Shown here: piece by piece, positions 1 to 10,004 of the stretch
How the letters are laid out: each line of letters begins with the position of its first letter
Position numbering within the stretch: position 1 is the stretch's first letter
Assembly: GCA_018238625.1 (NCBI GenBank)
Contig: JABCSY010000032.1
Location: 1 to 39,082 of the forward strand
DNA from: Promethearchaeota archaeon
Lineage (GTDB): Archaea > Asgardarchaeota > Lokiarchaeia > Sigyniarchaeales > SOKP01
Length of the DNA: 39,082 nucleotides
Direction: 5' to 3'
Position numbers and translations under genes: made by a program
The notes under the pieces: generated by a model
Databases searched by the model: none
The model's input: the letters and a program-made list of their open reading frames with translations, nothing else
What the model was told of the DNA's origin: nothing

Positions 1-114
1 GTACTTTTTTAAATAAAAAACATCCTTTTTTACTAGTACAACTTATTTATAATTTATTAAGCATCAAAAACTTAAAATAAATTAATATAAGAATCAAACT
101 AATATAAGTTAGCT

Positions 115-3024
115 ATGACGGAATATGATTTTCGATACATTAAATTTTTCGAAACAATTCGAAACAATGAAGTAGATATTGTTGGTGGTAAAAACGCGTC
201 CTTAGGAGAGCTTTTATCTTTTGGCATCCCAGTTCCACTTGGGTTTGCCGTCACTGCTAAAGCTTACGATTACATTCTAGAGACTAATTATTTTAGAATT
301 AAAGACGAGGAGATAACTCTAAAGGAGTATATTAAGCGAGATATCAAAAAGATTTCGGAAGAACTTAAAAAAGAAGATATCAAATCCATTCAAAAAGTCG
401 ATAAATTTTGTGCGAACATCCGATACGTAATTGAACAAGCTAAAATTCCAGATAGTTTAACTGATGAGATAATAGAAGCATACCACATCTTGGTGGATCG
501 AATCGGTAGAGAAAGCACTTTTGCCGTTAGAAGCTCAGCGACAGCAGAAGATTTACCTGATGCCTCGTTTGCGGGTCAACAAGATACTCACCTCAATATT
601 TCGGGAGAAAAGCAAATTTTAGAATATATACTTAAAGATATGGCTTCTATCTTTACGACAAGAGCAACCATGTATCGAGAGAGAGCAGGCTTTGACCACT
701 TTTCAGTTAAACTTAGCGTTGGTGTACAAGAGATTGCTGGAGGATTGGAAGGAGTAAAAACTTCGGGCGTTATGTTTACAGAAGACCCCGATTCGGGAAA
801 TCCTAACGTAATAACTATTAGAGGTACTTGGGGGCTTGGAGAACTTATAGTTCAAGGAGTAGAAAAGGGAGATGAGTTCATCGTCTTTAAACACGATCCA
901 AATTTAACGATAATTAGTCGGGAATTAGTAAAAAAAGAACAAATAATGATTTTTGACAAACAGAAAGGTGGTACGATGACACTCCCTGTTGAATTAGAAA
1001 GACAAAAACAATATTGTTTAAATGACGAGCAAGTCAAAATTCTAGCAAGATACGCCATCAAAATTAGAAGTCATTACAACCAACCAATGGATATTGAATG
1101 GGCCTTAGGTAATGATGGCAAAATTTACATCGTTCAAGCACGGCCTGAAACGGTCCACTCACAAAAAGGGGATACTGAAGAAATCTTTTATTTATTAGAA
1201 AATCCAAAAAAATTAATTGAAGACGGTTATTTGGTTGAAAATACGGGAACCGCAATAGGACGTCGAATTGGTTATGGTAAAGTCAAAGTAATCGAATCAA
1301 TTAACAACGCTCATTTGCTTGAAGAAGGAGATATTTTAATTACCGAAGAGACTAACCCCGATTGGACATCGTATATGGCAAACTTAGGAGGCGTAATAAC
1401 TGAACGGGGTGGTCCGACGTGTCACGCAGCGATCGTCTCCAGAGAGCTAAATATCGCATCGATTGTAGGAGCAGATAATATTGTCGAAATTATTAAAGAA
1501 AAACAACGGGATGGTCTCGAAAACGTTACCATTGATTGCAGCGAAGGAGAGCCTCGAATCTGGCTTAAAGAAGTAGAATACGATTTCGATACGATCGAGT
1601 TCGCACAACTTCCAAGCACAAAAACCCAAGTTTTAGTTAATTTAGGGATTCCCAAGGGTGCTTTATCTTCTGGAAAATATCCTGATGGCACTGGTTTAGC
1701 AAGGTTAGAATTTATAATTAACGATGAGATTCAAATTCACCCAAATAGTTTAATAGATTTTGACGCTTTAGTAATGAGATATGACGTCTTATTGGAACAA
1801 AGAAAAAGGATTGAAAACATCAAGAAAAGCGATTTACACCGTAAAGATCCCTTCAATCAAGAAATTGTAAAATTAAAACAAACTATAGATAAGATAAGAG
1901 AATCAACTATTGGCTATCCCGACAAGGAAGACTTTTACGTAGAGAAATTAGCAGAAGGTATTGCAACTATAGCTGCAGGTGTTTGGAAGGAATTGAAAGA
2001 CGGGTCCATCGCTCCGTGTATAGTGAGGCTGTCTGATTTTAAAACAAACGAGTATAGGAACCTTCTTGGAGGCTGGATTTACGAGAGCGATGAGAATAAT
2101 CCTATGTTAGGCTTTCGAGGTGCATCGCGTTATGTATCCAATGATTTCCAAAATGCTTTTATATTAGAACTACGTGCAATCACCAAAGCTCGAGAGTGGG
2201 GTTTAACAAATATTATTCCGATGATTCCATTCTGTAGAACGCCTGAAGAAGCGCAACACATTCAACAAATAATGGAAAGCGAAGATTTAGTTAGAGGAAA
2301 AGATGGATTGCAACTATATTGTATGGCGGAAATACCATCAAATATTTTTCTTGCAGATATATTCTGTGATTACTTCGATGGTTTTTCTATAGGCTCAAAC
2401 GATTTGACCCAATTAATATATGGTGCTGGTAGGGATAATCAAAAATTAATTCCTATTGCAAAACAATTTAATTATATCACTAATAGCGAAGCAATAAGGA
2501 GAGCAATTAGCCATCTTATTAAAATTGCTCACGAAAGAAATAAAAAAGTTGGAATATGTGGGCAAGCTCCAAGCGACGACCCAGAATTTCTTAGATTTTT
2601 AGTACGTGAAGGGATTGATTCCATTTCTTTAAATTTTGATACGTATGCGCGTGGGAGGATCAATACTTGGAGAACTGAAATAATTGAAGCGAAATTATCT
2701 GAAGAAAGCAGAACAAAAACGTATCAATTTTTAGATAAGTGCGATGTCCTAATTGAAAAGATCAGAACTCCCCGAGGAAAATTAAGAAATATGTTGCGAA
2801 AACAAAGAAAAGCAATTGATACGGAATTAAAAGAAATCACCGAAAAATTTGATAATACCTTTGAAGAAATATCAAAAATTTCGTACGATTTTATTAAAGA
2901 ACTTAATCGAGGCGAAACCAAATCTTTTAACCAACTATACAACAAATTCAATAAACAAATCGAAGAGCTGGAAGAACTTTTCCCAATACTTACTAAAAAA
3001 ATACGAGAATTTGGAATATTTTGA
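115..3024 (+). CDS. ppsA: Phosphoenolpyruvate synthase (pyruvate, water dikinase)
   Basis: VGGKNASLGE, AVRSSATAEDLPDASFAGQQDT, phospho-His motif TCHAAIVSRE, NPMLGFRGASRY, DGFSIGSNDLTQL, GICGQAPSD; carries an extra ~110-aa helical C-terminal tail. Confidence 0.95.
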   Translation: MTEYDFRYIKFFETIRNNEVDIVGGKNASLGELLSFGIPVPLGFAVTAKAYDYILETNYFRIKDEEITLKEYIKRDIKKISEELKKEDIKSIQKVDKFCANIRYVIEQAKIPDSLTDEIIEAYHILVDRIGRESTFAVRSSATAEDLPDASFAGQQDTHLNISGEKQILEYILKDMASIFTTRATMYRERAGFDHFSVKLSVGVQEIAGGLEGVKTSGVMFTEDPDSGNPNVITIRGTWGLGELIVQGVEKGDEFIVFKHDPNLTIISRELVKKEQIMIFDKQKGGTMTLPVELERQKQYCLNDEQVKILARYAIKIRSHYNQPMDIEWALGNDGKIYIVQARPETVHSQKGDTEEIFYLLENPKKLIEDGYLVENTGTAIGRRIGYGKVKVIESINNAHLLEEGDILITEETNPDWTSYMANLGGVITERGGPTCHAAIVSRELNIASIVGADNIVEIIKEKQRDGLENVTIDCSEGEPRIWLKEVEYDFDTIEFAQLPSTKTQVLVNLGIPKGALSSGKYPDGTGLARLEFIINDEIQIHPNSLIDFDALVMRYDVLLEQRKRIENIKKSDLHRKDPFNQEIVKLKQTIDKIRESTIGYPDKEDFYVEKLAEGIATIAAGVWKELKDGSIAPCIVRLSDFKTNEYRNLLGGWIYESDENNPMLGFRGASRYVSNDFQNAFILELRAITKAREWGLTNIIPMIPFCRTPEEAQHIQQIMESEDLVRGKDGLQLYCMAEIPSNIFLADIFCDYFDGFSIGSNDLTQLIYGAGRDNQKLIPIAKQFNYITNSEAIRRAISHLIKIAHERNKKVGICGQAPSDDPEFLRFLVREGIDSISLNFDTYARGRINTWRTEIIEAKLSEESRTKTYQFLDKCDVLIEKIRTPRGKLRNMLRKQRKAIDTELKEITEKFDNTFEEISKISYDFIKELNRGETKSFNQLYNKFNKQIEELEELFPILTKKIREFGIF

Positions 3025-3167
3025 TCTTTTAGCAATAATTTTAAACATATATTTAAACTATTTCTTAAAATCAAAAAAATTAAATTTCAATGAATATTCA
3101 AAAAATTAAGTATCTAAGATTTTCTAATTAATTTTACGCTTAAAAATAAAAAAATTGGTGAGCTATT

Positions 3168-3449
3168 TTGCCAAGAGGAAAAGAATTTACTGATGATATA
3201 CTCGAAACTTTTAAAAATGTAGAGTTTTTGTTAAATGGAATGATTAACGACCGAGGCGTTCCGAGAAACATAAAGCGAGTTGCTCAAAAAGGAATAGACG
3301 ATCTACAGCGCGAAGACGATTCTCCTGCTGTTCTCGCAAGTAATGTTATGTATATGATTAATGATTTAGCGCAAGACGCTAACATTCCCTTTCATAGTCG
3401 TACAACTATATATCGGATAATCTCCTTGCTTGAAAATATTAAAGATTAA
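3168..3449 (+). CDS. UPF0147 family protein (archaeal)
   Basis: 93 aa, TTG start; D..VPRNIKR.A and D.NIP.H.RT.I..IIS.LE pattern typical of UPF0147. Confidence 0.85.
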   Translation: MPRGKEFTDDILETFKNVEFLLNGMINDRGVPRNIKRVAQKGIDDLQREDDSPAVLASNVMYMINDLAQDANIPFHSRTTIYRIISLLENIKD

Positions 3450-3536
3450 TAGCATTATTATATTATTAATTATAATTCTTTTTCATTAACATTACCAAAT
3501 TAACCCCAAATCTCAACCATAGATATTAATGACGCT

Positions 3537-3637
3537 GGGAAGGTGGTCTAGCTTGGTATGATTCTGAAGCTCCTTAACTTCAGCGTGAATCTCGGTTCGG
3601 AACTGAGCGGTCGGGGGTTCAACTCCCCCCTTTCCCA
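3537..3637 (+). tRNA. tRNA-Pro(CGG) with 27-nt intron (3563-3589) at position 25/26
   Basis: Acceptor GGGAAGG/CTTTCCC+A; D arm GTCT-AGCTTGGTA-TGAT; anticodon stem CTCGG/CTGAG with loop TT-CGG-AA (anticodon 3598-3600); T arm GGGGG-TTCAACT-CCCCC; intron bounded by a BHB-like motif; mature length 74 nt; CCA not encoded. Confidence 0.92.
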
Positions 3638-3788
3638 CTTTTCTGAATTTCTCGTTAAAAAAAGTTATTAATTCATTGCTTTACCAATATTAAAATTGAA
3701 AAGCGTTAATATTTATATTTTTCAATCATAACTATATTTAAGAAATCAAGTATTTTATCGATAATAATAACTTTAGCGCAACTCTAAA

Positions 3789-4826
3789 ATGGAGACAAAA
3801 TTAATTAGTGGAATTTTATACACTGAGATGGACGACGAAGTGGGTCCTAACCCTGTAGTTTTACTAGGGGACATACCCCAATCGGATAGACTTTACATAG
3901 GGATTAAAACAATTACTGTTCTTTCAGGAGAAGGAGGGCTTATTCCAGAAAGCTTAGTTATACTCCCTTTTCCCTCGTTAAATTTAAAAGGGTTAATAAA
4001 ATTTATAAGATGGGATGATGAGTCGAGACGTGGAGGGATTGGGCAAGGTGCCATAACATTACTGTTTAAAGAATTTGACGATGTAATTTTTTACAAATAT
4101 TTAAGTTATCTAGATCCCCCCTTCAAAGAAGCTGCTAATAAAATTGCAGATCTACAAAAATCTTACGCTCCACGAGAAAAATATGTGGATGTGTTGACTA
4201 AACTTTCCATTAACACAACGCAATTTTTGCAAGAATTAAAAGAGAAAGAAATGAAGGACGAGAAAGCTTTCCCCGAACAGAAAATAAAAGAAGCAAACTT
4301 AGTAGATTATAAATTTAAAATAATAATTTGTGGAGACCCGTCGGTCGGCAAGTCGAGCTTAATATTAAAGTTTACTGAAAACGCTTTTAGAAGACATTAC
4401 ATTCCAACGCTTGGCGTTCACGTTTCAGACAAAATATTTAAAGTAAAAGACTCCTACGTCCAGCTCGTTTTATGGGATATTGCGGGTCAAACTAAGTTCG
4501 AAACCATGAGGCAACAATTTTATTTGGGCTCTGATGGTTTATTTCTTATTTTTGATCTATCAAAGACAAATTCGTTAGAGAGCGTTTCTAGTTGGCACCA
4601 AGACATTCAAATGCAATTAAAAGGAAGACCAGAATTGGTAGGTTATATTATTGGAAATAAAAAAGATTTAGCTAAATACATCAAGATCACATCAGAAAAA
4701 GGCTCAAAGTTAGCTAAATCCCTAAACTTGGGATATATCGAAACTAGCGCCCTAACAGGCGAAAACGTTGAATACGCGTTCTACACTATAGCTGAGTCGC
4801 TTTATAATTTAGTGAATAAATCTTAA
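3789..4826 (+). CDS. Rab-like small GTPase fused to an N-terminal longin/uDENN-like domain
   Basis: C-terminal G-domain: GDPSVGKSS, YIPTLG, WDIAGQ, GNKKD, ETSA. The N-terminal ~165 aa start with ILYTEMDDEVGPNP (longin/uDENN-like D..GP pattern; inferred). No C-terminal prenylation Cys. Confidence 0.85.
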   Translation: METKLISGILYTEMDDEVGPNPVVLLGDIPQSDRLYIGIKTITVLSGEGGLIPESLVILPFPSLNLKGLIKFIRWDDESRRGGIGQGAITLLFKEFDDVIFYKYLSYLDPPFKEAANKIADLQKSYAPREKYVDVLTKLSINTTQFLQELKEKEMKDEKAFPEQKIKEANLVDYKFKIIICGDPSVGKSSLILKFTENAFRRHYIPTLGVHVSDKIFKVKDSYVQLVLWDIAGQTKFETMRQQFYLGSDGLFLIFDLSKTNSLESVSSWHQDIQMQLKGRPELVGYIIGNKKDLAKYIKITSEKGSKLAKSLNLGYIETSALTGENVEYAFYTIAESLYNLVNKS

Positions 4827-4871
4827 AAGTTTTCTTTTAATTAATTTTTTCAATAAAAACCTTTTTATCTT

Positions 4872-5252
4872 TTATGTTACATAACTCTCGATGGCTCTAT
4901 TAATGGCACCTATCATTTTGGATACAGTAATAATTTTGTCTATAAATAAAAACGCTCCAATGGAAATGGCTTCTTCTTTAACGCTAGCATCGGCGCTTAT
5001 AACTATAATTTTTACCTTATTATCTATTTGTAATATTTGTTTTGACGCTTCAATCCCGCTCATTTCGGGCATTCGCTGGTCCATTAAAATAACTTTAGGC
5101 TTTTTTGAAAACGATTTGAACATGGAGACTGCCTCTTTTCCGTTGCTTGCAATGCCCGCTACTTCAAAACCGCCTATAGTTAGAATTTTTTTGTAAAAGA
5201 ATTGAAGCGAAGGTTCGTCGTCAACGATAAATACTTTTTCTATTTTAATCAA
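4872..5252 (-). CDS. Single-domain response regulator (CheY-like receiver)
   Basis: FIVDDE, ILMDQRMPEMSG, IIVISA; TTG start overlaps the kinase stop. Confidence 0.9.
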   Translation of the reverse strand: MIKIEKVFIVDDEPSLQFFYKKILTIGGFEVAGIASNGKEAVSMFKSFSKKPKVILMDQRMPEMSGIEASKQILQIDNKVKIIVISADASVKEEAISIGAFLFIDKIITVSKMIGAINRAIESYVT

Positions 5253-8013
5253 CCTCAGGAATTACTAATACGAAATTACTTCCTTTCGAACGGTCTCCCT
5301 TAACTCTATCTTCGACCCATACCTTACCGTTATAAGATTCGATAATTCCTCTCACGAGCGACAATCCTAAACCCATTCCATAAACGCCCTTATCTTTATT
5401 GTTACCTCTCTGAAAGATCTTTTCTTTCATAGAATCTCCCACTCCAATACCGTTATCCATAAATTCCATTTTGAGAAAATCTTTGCCTACATTTCGTTCT
5501 CTTGAAATTCTAACGGTAATTTCTGTTATTAAATTCGTGTTATGTCTTATAGCGTTAATTAAAAGGTTTTCGAACACATCCTCCAAAAGAGCATTAGCTT
5601 TAATAATGAGTTTTTCTCCAAGAGAATCGACTCGAATTGCTAGTTTTTTATCGTTACAAGATTTTTCTACGAAAGAAATCGTATTTTTTAAAACATTAAG
5701 AATTTCAATTTTCTCTAAAATCTTTCCCGTTTCTTCAAGTTTAGAGAGCTTTTGCACGTTTGAAACTAGTTTTGCCCCTCTAATGACTTGCTCTTTGATA
5801 ATCGCAGCGTTTTCCTTTAAATTGTCGCGTTTTTCGGGATTATCAACTATTAATTGGCTAATTTGTATTCCAGATAAAATACTTTGTAAGATATTGTTAA
5901 TATCGTGTGCGAATAAGTCTTTATAGAACTCTGCTCGATTGTACGCTTCTCTATATTTTTCCTCCGATTCTTTTAATACTTGTTCTGCTTTTTTACTTTC
6001 ACTAATATCTCGAAAAATTCCTAATTTTGAAATACTCCCATCTAGATTTTTAATAGGTGTATCAATAACATCGTAAGTTTTTTGGGTCTTGAATGAAAAC
6101 CATTCCCCTCTTACCGTTTTTCCTTGAAGTACTTCTTTATTTTTGCACCGCGGGCAAGGTTCGTTCTGACCTTCAAAATATTTGAAACACTTCGTTCCTT
6201 CGAATTGCCCAAATTCTTTTGTAAGGATTGGATTTACATATTCGATATCATAATTTTGATCTACTATATAAACTCCATCTTCCATAGAATTTAAAATATT
6301 TAAGAAATTATCCCGCTCAAGTTGTAATTTCTCCTCTGCTTTTTTGCGCTCAGAGATATCTATTATTGAAATTAAAACTTTTGACCAATCTTCTTTAAAA
6401 CCAGCCACAATTTCGCATACTAATAAAATATATAACTTAACACCGTTAAATTTACTGTTAATAGATTCAGATTCAAACCTAGTCTTTCCTCCAGCAAAGT
6501 TTATTATTTGTTCTTTAAATGTGTCTAGGGATTCCTCTGTAAATACTTTGTCTAAACCAACAAAAAAGTCCTCTTTTTTATTAGCTTTGTATAATTCAAG
6601 TGTTTTCTGATTTACATTAATTATTTTTACCATGGATACGCATTTTTTAACTTCTTCGGGATTTTTATCGAAATAAACACGGAAATCTTTTATTCCAGAG
6701 TTCTTTAATGTCTCAATATATTTTTTTAACTCCGAGGCATCTTCTTCCCATAGTGAAATTGGAGAATTTTCAAATAAATATCTATAGTTTTCTTCAGATT
6801 CTTTTAGTTTCTGTTCTATCTTTTTTCTTTTGGTAATATCAATAGCGGCACCTTCAAAACGATTTTCTTTTTCAGATATTCGAGTAGAGATATTCAACCA
6901 AATGGGAGTACCATCTCTTCTGGTGACATTGATCTCATAATTCTTAACTTCTTTATTGTCACGGATTTCTTCTATTAATTCACTCCGCGCATTTGGATCA
7001 ATGTAATGCTCAATAGCATTATAATTTTCTAAAAACTCCTCTCGCGTATCATATCCAAATAATTTGGCAAAAGTATCATTACATTCTAAAAATTTACCAT
7101 CACTGATTCTTGACCAATATAACCCTACTTGTGCGTTATTAAATAAATATCGATATTTTGCCTCAGAATCTGTTAATTTTTCTTCCGTTTTTTTACGCTC
7201 AGTAATATCCAAAAGAGATGCTACGCTTTGTTTAGTCCCAGGAATCAAATCGAGGACTATGAAAATGTCTCGAATATCACCTTTTTTATCAGTTGCACGA
7301 AATTCATATTTTCTTAAAGCAGATTTAGGGTCTTTTCTTCGGAAGTAATGGAGCTTTTCCATCCTTCCCAAATCTTCCTCGACAATAAACTCTGTCCAGC
7401 TTTTTTTCCATTCGACCTCTTCCCTTGAATAACCAAAAAGCTCTTCAAACTGCTCATTTATAAGCGAGATCGTTGTGTCTTCCTCGACTATGATTGTTGC
7501 AGTTCCAGTATTTTCGAAAATGGCTTTATATTTTTCTTCAGATATATCAATTCTTTGTTTTAGCTCTAAAGTTAATGCTTTTAATTCTTTTTCAGATTTT
7601 TTCAATCTTTCTAAGATTTCTTTTTTTACCGTAATGTCTTCTGTATGAACAATAACTAAATCTGGGGGGATGAAACCATACATTACAGATAAAAATCTTT
7701 CTTCTCCCGTAGACATGTAATCATATTTCATTTCTCTGAAAATACTTACACGATCGTTAGCACAGCGAAATAATTCTTCTAAGATTTCTGGTCGATTCTT
7801 ATACATTTCTGAAGCTTTTGTACCTACATAATTCTTAATCATTCCTTTAGTTATTTTTTCAGCAGCATCGTTATAATCAAATAAAATTAAATCATCATCA
7901 ATTTTTTGCCACGAATATGTAGGAATAGGGATTCCTTTAAATAATTCTTTAAATCTTTTTTTTGAAGTTTTCGTTTTATTTGCGATTTTCCTCACTTTAT
8001 TTTTTTTAGACAA
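5245..8013 (-). CDS. Multi-PAS sensor histidine kinase (soluble)
   Basis: About five PAS/PAC repeats ending DITE/DISE.KK; H-box FAHDINN, N-box FENLLINAIRH, G boxes DNGIG and GMGLGL; no TM segment seen. Confidence 0.92.
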   Translation of the reverse strand: MSKKNKVRKIANKTKTSKKRFKELFKGIPIPTYSWQKIDDDLILFDYNDAAEKITKGMIKNYVGTKASEMYKNRPEILEELFRCANDRVSIFREMKYDYMSTGEERFLSVMYGFIPPDLVIVHTEDITVKKEILERLKKSEKELKALTLELKQRIDISEEKYKAIFENTGTATIIVEEDTTISLINEQFEELFGYSREEVEWKKSWTEFIVEEDLGRMEKLHYFRRKDPKSALRKYEFRATDKKGDIRDIFIVLDLIPGTKQSVASLLDITERKKTEEKLTDSEAKYRYLFNNAQVGLYWSRISDGKFLECNDTFAKLFGYDTREEFLENYNAIEHYIDPNARSELIEEIRDNKEVKNYEINVTRRDGTPIWLNISTRISEKENRFEGAAIDITKRKKIEQKLKESEENYRYLFENSPISLWEEDASELKKYIETLKNSGIKDFRVYFDKNPEEVKKCVSMVKIINVNQKTLELYKANKKEDFFVGLDKVFTEESLDTFKEQIINFAGGKTRFESESINSKFNGVKLYILLVCEIVAGFKEDWSKVLISIIDISERKKAEEKLQLERDNFLNILNSMEDGVYIVDQNYDIEYVNPILTKEFGQFEGTKCFKYFEGQNEPCPRCKNKEVLQGKTVRGEWFSFKTQKTYDVIDTPIKNLDGSISKLGIFRDISESKKAEQVLKESEEKYREAYNRAEFYKDLFAHDINNILQSILSGIQISQLIVDNPEKRDNLKENAAIIKEQVIRGAKLVSNVQKLSKLEETGKILEKIEILNVLKNTISFVEKSCNDKKLAIRVDSLGEKLIIKANALLEDVFENLLINAIRHNTNLITEITVRISRERNVGKDFLKMEFMDNGIGVGDSMKEKIFQRGNNKDKGVYGMGLGLSLVRGIIESYNGKVWVEDRVKGDRSKGSNFVLVIPEVD

Positions 8014-8284
8014 TTTTATTCCTTTTTGTCTAAATGTTCTTTAAGCTTTTTTAAAAAGGGTAAGATTATCATTAGAATATTAATTATAAGGTGAAAAACC
8101 TTGTATTTAAATATTTATTAAATATAATTTTGGATACACAAATAAATTACAAAAGTATTATTCGTGAAAGATTAATTTCACGAATTTTTTGACATATCCT
8201 AATAATGTATAGAATTACTTCTGCATATTACGGCTTAAACTTTTAGCTTAATTTCTATATTTTTTATAGAAATTTCAGTTTATT

Positions 8285-8593
8285 TCATTCTAAATCTACC
8301 ATTTCTTTAAACTCAGAAGACTCATCTTCTTCATCAACAGCTGAGATTTTAAAATCAACTCCGTATTTGTCTCGTATTGTTGGTGCTTTTTGAGTTGCTA
8401 TAAACTTCATTCTTATACTTGCATTGCGACCATGCCAAATTAAAATCTCTTTATCTATTGGAACCACAATTATGTAAATATAATTTGAGTCTAATAGTGA
8501 ATGTGTGGGGCTATCTTCAATTTCAATTGCAGTGAAATCTTCTTTTTCTTCGTCTATTTTAAATAGTAGAAACTGTTTTTTTAAAATACACAT
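8285..8593 (-). CDS. Single-domain gelsolin-like protein
   Basis: LDSNYIYII...ILIWHGRNAS...KFIA...VDEEDESSEFKEM matches the gelsolin-repeat pattern (L.S....I.....I.IW.G...S ... EG.E...F). Confidence 0.75.
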   Translation of the reverse strand: MCILKKQFLLFKIDEEKEDFTAIEIEDSPTHSLLDSNYIYIIVVPIDKEILIWHGRNASIRMKFIATQKAPTIRDKYGVDFKISAVDEEDESSEFKEMVDLE

Positions 8594-8816
8594 GATCTAA
8601 TTAATTTAGTAAATTGAATTTCTTCTAATGGTCTTATATGCAATTTTAGTTTTTAAGCTTTATCTATGAAAATATATAATGCCTAAATTAATCTTTAAAT
8701 TAATTTACCTTAAATCAAATTAAAACTTAATATTATAAATAGAGAAACGAGTTAACTATTGATCATATCATTATTTTTATAGGTTAAAGAATAGAAGTCA
8801 ATATTAAATAAATTAG

Positions 8817-10004
8817 GTGAACAAAATATCGCAACAAAGTGTTGATTACGATGTTACCATAGTTGGAGGAGGACCAGGTGGATCTACTGCAGGTTATTTG
8901 TTAAAGAAACTCGGGTTTAATGTACAAATAATCGATAAAGATGTATTTCCTCGTCAAAAGCTATGTGGGGGCATCCTCACTTTTAAAACCTTTAAGCTAT
9001 TAAAGAGAGTATTCGGCGAAACGGTGGAATCACTTCTGGACAAGCACATTATAAATTACTCTACAAATCGGTTTGAAATAAATTATAAAGTAAAAAGGAT
9101 TATGTCAAGCAATATTTCCCAGTATCCTTTTTACCTAGTGGACAGGGTAGTATACGACAATTTCCTTTTAAACAAGGCGAAGGAAGCAGGTGTAGATGTA
9201 ATCGAAGGAGATAGAGTAGAAAAAGTAAATTTAGACACTTGTGAATTAAGTTTATCGAAAGGTGGTAATTTTAAATCAAAATTTATCATAGGCGCTGATG
9301 GAGCTAATAGCATAGTAAAGCAAGAATTTATCCGTAATCAAATAATTAAAAAAGAGCAATGGAATTATAATTTAGCTACAGGATTGGAATGTTTTATCGA
9401 TAGAAAGGATATAGATAAAAAGCTTTTTAATTATCCTATGATTTCCTTTGGGTTTTTAAACTATGGATATAATTGGTTGTTTCCAAATAAAGATAAAGTA
9501 ATTCTCGGCGTTGGAGGGCTCATTAGAAAAAATAAAGGCTATTTTAAAAAAGCGTTGCACAATTTCATATCTGCGTTGGGTATAAATCCTGATATTGTTT
9601 CCGAAATATATGGGCACCCCATCCCCTATGGAAATTTCAAGGTCACTCCTATTTATAAAAATAAAGTAATTTTGATAGGTGATGCAGCGGGTATCGCTGA
9701 CCCGTTTTGGGGCGAGGGAATATTTTACTCACAAAAAACCGCTGAATTCGCTTCTTACGCAATTTTAAAAAATTTACAAAACGTAAAAAAATCTACCACA
9801 CTCTATTTACATTTATTAACTAAATATCTTTATTCTGAGTTTCAATACACAATGAAGCTAAGATGGATTATTTTTAATCAAGTTAATACTCTATTAAAGT
9901 ACTATCCCACACATTTATTGTTAAAAATGATGAAAGATAAATTAAATGAATTAACACAGGGGATTAGATCCTATAGATGGTTACGATTAAAAGACTATTT
10001 TTAA
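8817..10004 (+). CDS. Geranylgeranyl reductase family FAD-dependent oxidoreductase
   Basis: IVGGGPGGS, FPRQKLCGG, IGADGANS, GYNWLFP, LIGDAAG..DPFWGEGI; GTG start. Confidence 0.85.
   Translation: MNKISQQSVDYDVTIVGGGPGGSTAGYLLKKLGFNVQIIDKDVFPRQKLCGGILTFKTFKLLKRVFGETVESLLDKHIINYSTNRFEINYKVKRIMSSNISQYPFYLVDRVVYDNFLLNKAKEAGVDVIEGDRVEKVNLDTCELSLSKGGNFKSKFIIGADGANSIVKQEFIRNQIIKKEQWNYNLATGLECFIDRKDIDKKLFNYPMISFGFLNYGYNWLFPNKDKVILGVGGLIRKNKGYFKKALHNFISALGINPDIVSEIYGHPIPYGNFKVTPIYKNKVILIGDAAGIADPFWGEGIFYSQKTAEFASYAILKNLQNVKKSTTLYLHLLTKYLYSEFQYTMKLRWIIFNQVNTLLKYYPTHLLLKMMKDKLNELTQGIRSYRWLRLKDYF

Noticed and set aside
703-3109. Short ORFs antisense to or overlapping ppsA (703-894, 852-1061, 1064-1255, 1422-1691, 1447-1629, 2724-3074, 2849-3109)
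   Set aside because: Shadow frames of a well-supported gene; no motifs
3564-3583. CTGAAG/CTTCAG hairpin read as an extra arm or alternative anticodon arm (e.g. tRNA-Sec or suppressor)
   Set aside because: It lies 5' of a complete anticodon arm, has an 8-nt loop, and is precisely excised by BHB geometry; the body is tRNA-Pro-like
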